This document shows, in pieces, positions 48,390 to 56,501 of a stretch of DNA of 56,501 nt (the stretch's first letter is position 1; each line of letters opens with the position of its first letter). The notes beneath the pieces are model-generated. The model saw only the letters and a program-made list of their open reading frames with translations. It did not search any database and was not told the origin of the DNA. This stretch comes from Obrimoposthia wandeli. Lineage: Eukaryota. The stretch is taken from assembly GCA_977020255.1 (NCBI GenBank), contig CDROCS010001491.1:441500-498000 (forward strand), given 5' to 3'. Made by a program: the position numbers and the translations under genes.

Positions 48390-50560
48390 ATCCTTAGATT
48401 GTAATTGAAGAACACTGACATCTAGCTAAGTGATGCAGCCAGGGTTTCGTTTCGGAGTATAAATATTTTCTTCAATGCTGAAAAGTATTTCGGCCTCTAC
48501 TAAATATAGTTGTCAGCTAAGACAATTCATTTTCAGCTCTGCTAATAAGGGCATTTGACCTTTGTGACTTGCAACTCGATCAAAGTATTCTTATTCTTAT
48601 TAAAAAAGGTAATAGATACAATACCGATCAATTTAATTTGTAATGAAAATTTAAGTACTAGAAGACGAAGTTTCCACTTTCATTTTTCAGTTGAGCGAGA
48701 ACTTGAAAATGGTAGCTGAGTTTCAACTTGCTGTGGTTGTATCAATTGATTATAACAGTTGCAAAAATTTCTATGTAGAGCATCTTGACTATCCTCATCG
48801 ATTTGATCAATAACATCTTGTTCGAACTCGACCGACAACATTTCTATATTCTTCACGTTTTTATTAATACTTTGTTATTTTGTGAATACTTTTTTTTTCT
48901 CCACATTTACCGGATAAAACTGGATCAAGATATCTGTGATTGAATTATAATCATGAGTGAACCTTTTCAATCAAGCATCCATTGACTCTTTTAGTACATA
49001 ATATGCTAAACAGTGCATAAACCTTTGATCATTGGAAGTCGTATTTTTAAAATGTTTCAAAAATGTATCTGGTAAAATATTTGAAACAATAATCTGCTTT
49101 TCGCACCAATCAAATTGCTGTTGTGTGCAAAACTTTCATAATCAAGGTTATCCAATTAAGTTCCATTTGTTAGCTTTGACCGATAGGAGTTGTAACTTAT
49201 GAAGAACATAAGTAATTTTAAAGTTTAATTATTATTAACTGAATTTTAGAAAGCAAACATTGACTATTTTGAGATTGATACTTTGAAAAAATAGTTTCAG
49301 ATTATTTTGTAAGCTCTTCCAAACTCTGAGGTACTGGTTGTTGATACACACTATTATGTGCCATGACTTCTAGTTCACATTGTAATGTCTGTAGTTTTTT
49401 ATAGAAGTTTCCAGACACTGCACTATTTTTCTACTGATTAATAAATCTGCAAAATTCCCTAATTTACATTCAATAAACTTATTATACCTCATTATTTTGA
49501 ACAGCCTTAAAATTACTGAACTGCAGTTTGTATAAACAAAACCACATAGCTTTAAATGCAGGCCTGCAAAAAATTGCCACTTCTTGTTAGCTCATTACCC
49601 AATACTATTGGGCCAATAGTGTAATAACCTAGATAATACGGATATTTGAAAGAGAAGAAAAACAATCTCAGACTTATCGCAAACGGAATATTCAAAATTA
49701 ACTGATACTCTCGAAGAAATGATCAGTGATTCTATTTCTCGTGAGATTTCATGATCAACTGATTTATGAACAGATGATTCAATGAACAATTATTATCTTG
49801 ATTTCTCAGTATTTCTGATAAAACTGTTTACAAAAGACAGAAAAACTGCGTATAATATGAAGAATTTACAGTACGAAAATATTTTCAAGAGTAATATGAA
49901 AATATTAAGTAACGTTTTCGTAAATTTTTCGACCTGCTTCAATACCGAGACGATTAATTAAATGCCATTAAGCACCTACATAATTGTAAGACGCAATACG
50001 ATAATACAATTATGAAACCAAGTGGATTTTCTGAATACTTAATATTCATCAACCAGAAATTATATATGAACTAAAATTTCTATTTTTTCCCTACACACTG
50101 TGACATTTATGTTCTCTACAATTAACAGCTCCGATCTCTGCAGACGCCTTCTATCACAGACTCATAATTCATAATTGCATCCTGAAAATGGCTGTTTTAT
50201 TTGTCCCAACACTCTCTTCAGTAAAATAGAATTATAATATTGTTTTATTAGTCGCACCCGATAAAACGCAGATATTAAGGCAATAAATCATTCTTTAAAC
50301 CAAATGTCTCTTTAATTATATCGAGCTTTGTGGACTAATAGTGCTATTATTTGACATGTCGATAAATAACTCAGGCCATTTGTCCAATAAAAATTTGACG
50401 AGAAATTCTTTTCTAAATGTTTGACTGATTTTAAATTATATTTCAAAATCCGTTAAAAGCCTATTGGTTGAATTGGGTTCAATCTATCGGTTTCTGATTC
50501 TTTAAATCGATTTAAATCGATTTATATTTTGGAAAAACCATTTAAAACTCAAACGAGAGT
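48390..50560 (-). mobile_element. hAT DNA transposon remnant
   Basis: Dimerisation domain ASHKGQMPLLAEL.MNCLS*...VEAEILFSI.ENIYTPKRN; YLDP motif; AAATCGATTT subterminal repeats near 50510. Confidence 0.68.
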
Positions 50561-52539
50561 TTCATTGGGAGCCATTAGCTAAAAACTGAAAAATGCTTTG
50601 TTATGAACATATCAGTATATCCGTTCTTTAAATGAAGATTGAATATTTTATTTATTTTGATTATTTTTGAGTTATAATAAAAAATACTATTTATTTTAAA
50701 AGTTTCAGGAAAATCTAAAATACACATAACACTTTCTTAAATTGCATTTATTGAACATGACCAAATAGCATTTTAATCATATGTACTTATTTCTCCTTAA
50801 TATCAGATACATCATGTTAAACCAATTACAATTGAAACACCATTAAAAAAAACGTATTCAATAAAAATTGTTTTCAATAAAAATTGTTTGCTTTTATTGA
50901 TGTTAACAATTTGAATAATAAAAATATTTATGTGGGAATTTCGAGTCTTGGCTTGTATATTTTGAATTTTGTAAAAATCTTTCGTATTCTATGATTTTTT
51001 AAATTTAAATCAAGTCATTTTGCATGAATGCTTTCTTTTAAAGTATTGGAAAATAGTGAGGAAATTTATCTTTATATTATGTTTTATTTCAAAAAAATTA
51101 TTTTACCCAAAGTAGTTTGTATTGTAAGTTTTACAGACAAACTAAATAATATGTTTTCTTTTAATTTATGAAAATATTAAGAACAATCTTTGAATTCCTT
51201 CACAAAAAAATAATCCCAAGTTAAATTCCAATATTTTTTCTTTTAGTTTTAGAGTTTAATAATATTAAATTGATCGCGAATCTATGCTTAATATTTGCTA
51301 AAAATGACCATTTAAAAATTTAATAAAATTTTATTAAAGATTTAGTTTAGATTTTGTAATATTTTAAATTATATGCTTAGGTTATTTAAAAAAATGAGTT
51401 TAAATAGATTAAATATAATGTTTGCATATAAATTAAATAATTTTAAGTTATAATATTTCTTAAATAAAATATATATTAAAAAAGTAATTCGATTTTCAAA
51501 ATAATTCAAAATAAATAATAATACTACATTTAGTTTTATTTATATGACAGCATTAATATAAATGAGCTATTAATATAATCTATGTGCATAATTATAGAAA
51601 ACAATTCTTTGAAATTGTAAATAATTTGATCTTATATTTCAAAATGTCTTATCAATATTTAGCTATATTTAAAAGTGTTGTTTTTTTATATTCAGAAGTA
51701 CCCAGTTGGGATTATTTCCTTGTTATCTGTAAAATCATTTTAAATAGTAAACACCAAACTTCTAACATCTGATTAAAAACAAAGCATTTGTCTTTAGTTT
51801 AACAATTAAAGGAATAGTACACATTATACACATTCGAATTTCCAATACTTTCAGCCAGCTAAAACTGCATGATAATTTTATTAACAAATTTAATAGAAGT
51901 ACACTGTAGTCATGAAAATTATTAGCTAACAAAAAAGTAAACCGTTGAAAATTAATTAAATGCTGAGTAACAATAATAAAAAAATTGAATTGGTCAATAA
52001 GGGTCGAAATATTTTAAATACATTTTAGTGCTTTATCCTTTGTGTATATCGACTATAAATAGTTGTATTGCTGTTGATGGTGACATATTCAATTGTTTTT
52101 TTTACCGTAAGTATAAGAATTTATGAAATAAAGTTGGTATGATAATGAATTATGATGAATTATCTGATTGCAATAATAAGTGTAATAATTGTAAAGAACA
52201 ATGTAATAATTCTAATGAAGAAAAACAGTAAAATAACATTTGTGAAAGAGATGAAGAATCTGTATTGCAAAGTTAACAAATAAGTTGTGTTATGTTTATT
52301 TTATTTTTAAATGAACATTAGTATATTGATTTGATCGTTTAAAACATGTATTTTTCTCATTACTCTGGAATTTATGCTTTACTATGAAAAATCGCTCATA
52401 TCATAGTTTGGTTTATTTGCTGTTTTTTGTCACAAATTCGACACAAATTGCCAGCATGTAGCCCAATCCCTATAGTATTGGCTTAACTACATAATCCATT
52501 AATATTGAGGTGGCTCAGAAGTTGTGCTGGTGCACATAC

Positions 52540-52725
52540 CCGTCTGTCCATTTCGGCGTTGCCTTGTTCAGCCTGAAGTGCCTTGCGCATTCCAAATGCG
52601 ACACTGGACTCGTAGAGAGATTGGTAAGCAGCTATAGTCATACGAATCTCGTCCCTCACGCGCAACAACAATAGACCACGTTCCGCACAGTTAATTGTCA
52701 CCTGTCGGATCAGCTCATCGAATAC
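52540..52725 (-). CDS. DNALI1: DNALI1/p28 internal coding exon (upstream exons not found in window)
   Basis: VFDELIRQVTINCAERGLLLLRVRDEIRMTIAAYQSLYESSVAFGMRKALQAEQGNAEMDRR|GTATGT; donor certain, acceptor (ATCAG| at 52726) inferred. Confidence 0.95.
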
Positions 52726-55700
52726 CTGATATAATAGGAACACTGATTGATACTCTACCCAAGGATTATAGAATTCAGGAAAACACTGCATAGGACCATA
52801 AACGAATATCTTAACCCTGTGCTGATGGAGTGGGTTCAAAAACGAAAAAGTAGCACTATGCATTATTGAAGTTTCTGTAAATTACGTACCAATGCAGTTT
52901 CTGATTATGCATATTACTGTATTCCAAATTTTCCTGACTTTGTGATTGAACTCTACCCTAGAATTCAAGTAGTTATTCATCAATAGACAAATATTCTGAA
53001 GCATTGACAAATATGGTAATGCATTTCATTAAAAAAAAGTTCTTAATAGTGCTAAAGTGCTATATCGTTTCTCAAATGATCGTCAAAATTGTAGGACTGC
53101 TTTTACTAATGTACTATACATATAAGCCACGAATAGTGCTTGTCCTTCTCTAAGTGACCATAAATCTCCCATAACCGGTAGTGAGACAGAAACAATTCTT
53201 CCGTGATAAACCGAAAAAGCTTCCATTTCGACTCGATAGGCGACAATCCATTTCTCTTTGAAATTATGGTTTCTGTTTAATAAAATTACTGTATACCAAG
53301 CATAGTTTTCTTTTACTTAAACACAATCATAAAAGATGAATTCACAAAAAAAATAAGAATTGCTTCGATTTACTTATCTAGAATCAGCCCGAGTTTTTTT
53401 ATCTTTAAAGGATTGCTTTTGCAAATTTTGGGGCAATCTCGGTGCCCTGATTGCTTGGAGACACATTAAAAGGTAAGGCACTCTATGAAATATAGCTCAC
53501 AGATAATTTGCAGATTGATAAAATTTATTTAAATATTTTTATTAACTCTTCAAAATGATCAATTATTATTTGAAATAAATTGCATTCATTTTGTATATCG
53601 TATAATAATAAAATAAATCACCACTAAAGATAATTTGATAAAAATGCATTAAAACCATTATATAATTGAAAGTCATTCATAATTTAACCATTTTCAGGTT
53701 TTATTTATATTTTGTTTTATTTAAATTCATGGTTTATAATTTCAATCAAATTTAGACAGACTTTTAATTGTCAGTTACATAATAGAATATTTTGGTTCGC
53801 TGAAGCCTTTCCGTAAATCAATTAAAAACGATGTCTGCAAATTATAGCGAAGATTAAAATGAATTGTGTTAAAATGAGAAGATAGAAACCGTTTCTTATA
53901 TTTTAGTTTTCACAAGATTTAACCTTGATTGAACTTTCTGATTATTAAACAAAAAGTTATAATTAAATTTCATTATTAAAAAAATCAAAAAATCAAATAT
54001 TTAAAGTTTAACTGACTAGAATTTTAATTTTTTTAGGTTTTTCTTATAATACGTTATAAAACTCTTTTCTTTAAAGTTTCTTAAAATTTGTAGAACAAAG
54101 TGATAAACCTCAACATATTTAATTATACTATGCCACCTCATGTGATCACTTTTTCTAACATTTTTCTAAAGAATCTTTCACATTGTTTAACGTATTTTCA
54201 CTTTCTGTAATTGTATAATAATGTGATACTAGGTCGTGTTAAATGTTTGAAATAGAAAGTGTTAACCAATTTCGAGGAAGTGTTTGCCGATAAAGTATAT
54301 TTCTAATTTATTAAGTGCATGTTGCTAATTCTTTTTTTAAAGATTAAATAGCTGCATAAAATATAAGTTAATAATTTATAATAATTTGGACTTACCTAAC
54401 CGAAAACATGTTTAATTTTGATAAAATAATTTGGTTTGTATTTTATGTCTCAGTTTGATAAAGTTATTTCAAAAATACCCACAGTAAAATTCACGTACTC
54501 AAAAGCATTTTAAAATTATTACGAAAAACATACATTCCATATTTTATAATACGAATATTTTTAATAAGCATTAAATTTCAGATAATTGTAAAACAATTTT
54601 TTTATTATTATTAAAATGTTATATTGATTATAAGCATAATTAATACTAAAATATCTCAAGTTATTGTAAAATTAGAAATATTATTAATTGATCTGATGAA
54701 AACGTTGGTTGAATATGACCGAGTTTAATATACTCAAACACTTGTCGTTGCATTGGTATTAAAAATTCATGAAACTTGGTTCTATCGAAACTTCCAATTT
54801 ACATTTTCTTGTAACAAAACGATCCATATAAAATACATTTAAAACTGCCTAAACTAACCACAATAATTAAATATCAGTAAAATAACTAAAGATTTTTAAA
54901 AGTAAGTTTAAAGAATTTATTATCTGCATTACATATAATTTCTTTGCTATATCTTTATTAGTGTTTTACATGTAAATTATATAAATGATCAAATACAGTG
55001 TTATTTTTATCGAGCTTATCTAATCTCGATATTATTTTTGCAATTTTTCTCGATTCTAGGTGAGGGTACATGCATCCGTGCACTCTAAATGGAGTAATGG
55101 TCTAATAAAGCCCGCTTGAAAGTATTTATATGTGGCCAAATTATTCTTCTTTCAAAGCCTGGGAATAGAAAAGTCAATTCAATATATTCCATATCTAGAC
55201 TAGCAGTGAATGGTTAAAGCGGTTTAAGAAAAACAGAATCTGAGATTATTAAAGATATATTGAGCGTGAATCTTTGTATATTTAAACATTATGTCAACTA
55301 CATTTTATTTCAAGAATTTCAATATTTGCATAGAAAATATTAATTGTCTAAAATGAAGACTTACTCTATATATTACTTATTAAGTATTTGTACTAAGTTT
55401 GCTTAGTTCCTGCAGATGAAACATATATATGCACAGGGAAATGAGCAAAGAGGAGAGTATATGTGTAACTAAACATGAGAATACTTCTTTGGCGATAATA
55501 TTTCAAACGAATTCAGCTCGATTCTTCTCATACGTCTACTCAAATAAAACTACTACTGACTTGTAGCCAAATATTAAATCGACTCAATAATTAATTTGCT
55601 CTTCATTCAAGGTCATTCATTCATGCACAAGACAAACCATTACAATTATAAAACTCTTAAATCGCAAACGACCATATAAAATAAGAAATCGTAATAAAAT

Positions 55701-55796
55701 TAGAAACATAAACAATACTATATTTTAAATAATTTACAGCAACTTACTTTTAATAACATTTTTTGCAATGAGGTACGGATAACCCTGGCGATTCAG

Positions 55797-56480
55797 TTGT
55801 TTAATAAAAATCAAATGGACCAATGTTTGTTTTCAGTCGTAAATTATGAAGGGGAATTAGTTTATCTTGATTTTATGAATTATATAGGCCAGGCAGTATT
55901 AGATTTAAGCAAACTTCGTATGTATGATCTACAATATGAGCAGTTGGAGAAATATCGAGCTCAATTTAACTGTGACTTTAGAATTATAGCAGGTGACACT
56001 GATAGTTTTTTCTTGAAGTGCAATAATGTAAATGTTCAAGAAACATTGTTACCTGCTATGATTGCTGATGGACTGTTGGATACCTCGAAATTTCCAAAAA
56101 CCCATCCGCTTTATACGACGCTTAATACAGCGATTGGCAAATTTAAAGATTTGAGCAAGGGATTATTTAGCTATAGGCAAGGGATTTTTCTACGTCCAAA
56201 ATCATATAGCTTAGAGACTACAGAAGGTGAATCTCAGATGAAAGCTAAAGGTATTAGTTTCCAGCAGATAAGTATTAGACATTCTAATTACTTGGCCGTC
56301 TATGAGAGTGGTGTTAGCAAGCATTAACACCAATAACGTTTAATTTCGCTAAATCATCAACTTTTTACTAAAAGGTTTAGTAAAATTGCCTTAAGCAGTA
56401 GCGATGATAAACGCAAGTGGGTAGATAAAAATCGATCAGTTGCCTATGGCCACTTTTTATACCCGGACGAAATTGTATAA
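55797..56480 (+). pseudogene. pPolB C-terminal fragment (Polinton)
   Basis: YIGQAVLDLSKLRMY...GDTDSFF...LDTSKFPKTHPLY...IGKFKD...LRPKSYS...KAKGI; after a stop, ALSSSDDKRKWV..VAYGH. Confidence 0.93.
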
Positions 56481-56501
56481 TCTTTTTATATGTCTATGTA
56501 T

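Noticed and set aside
52726-52863. N-terminal 46 aa of the 126-aa ORF as real DNALI1 sequence
   Set aside because: No convincing homology to p28; most likely intron read-through.
52875-52889. Possible 15-nt intron GTACGTAATTTACAG on the minus strand
   Set aside because: Removing it produces no p28-like sequence.
54694-54740. CTGATGA followed by a stem (second hammerhead candidate)
   Set aside because: No GAAA after the stem and no stem III/UH.

Overview
AT-rich eukaryotic window, almost certainly from an animal (BEL/Pao elements, an axonemal dynein light chain gene, spliceosomal introns), dominated by nested, mostly decayed mobile elements. 1-5.2 kb: a Ty3/Gypsy-type retroelement remnant with an unusual layout: chuvirus/Monjiviricetes-like fusion glycoprotein, aspartic protease, IAP-like BIR-BIR-RING, second protease remnant, RT deleted, RNase H, integrase. 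6.1-7.35 kb: a GC-richer element ending in a canonical type I hammerhead ribozyme. 7.4-17.5, 21.3-23.6, 25.7-35.0 and 55.8-56.5 kb: several decayed Polinton/Maverick copies (pPolB with endonuclease-VII-like insert, packaging ATPase, major and minor capsid, adenain-like protease, integrase-chromodomain). They carry a TBP-like gene (three copies, each with a micro-intron at the same site) and, in one copy, a BIR+RING IAP related to the one in the retroelement. A TG...CA solo-LTR family is inserted three times into these Polintons; one copy has an expanded 75-bp tandem array. An intact orphan 502-aa ORF lies at 19.5-21.0 kb. 35.6-52.7 kb (minus strand): the last three coding exons of DNALI1/p28, with 4.5-kb and 12.2-kb introns holding BEL/Pao, Tigger/pogo and hAT remnants. 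All family assignments come from manual translation and motif recognition; no searches were run, and boundaries of decayed elements are approximate.
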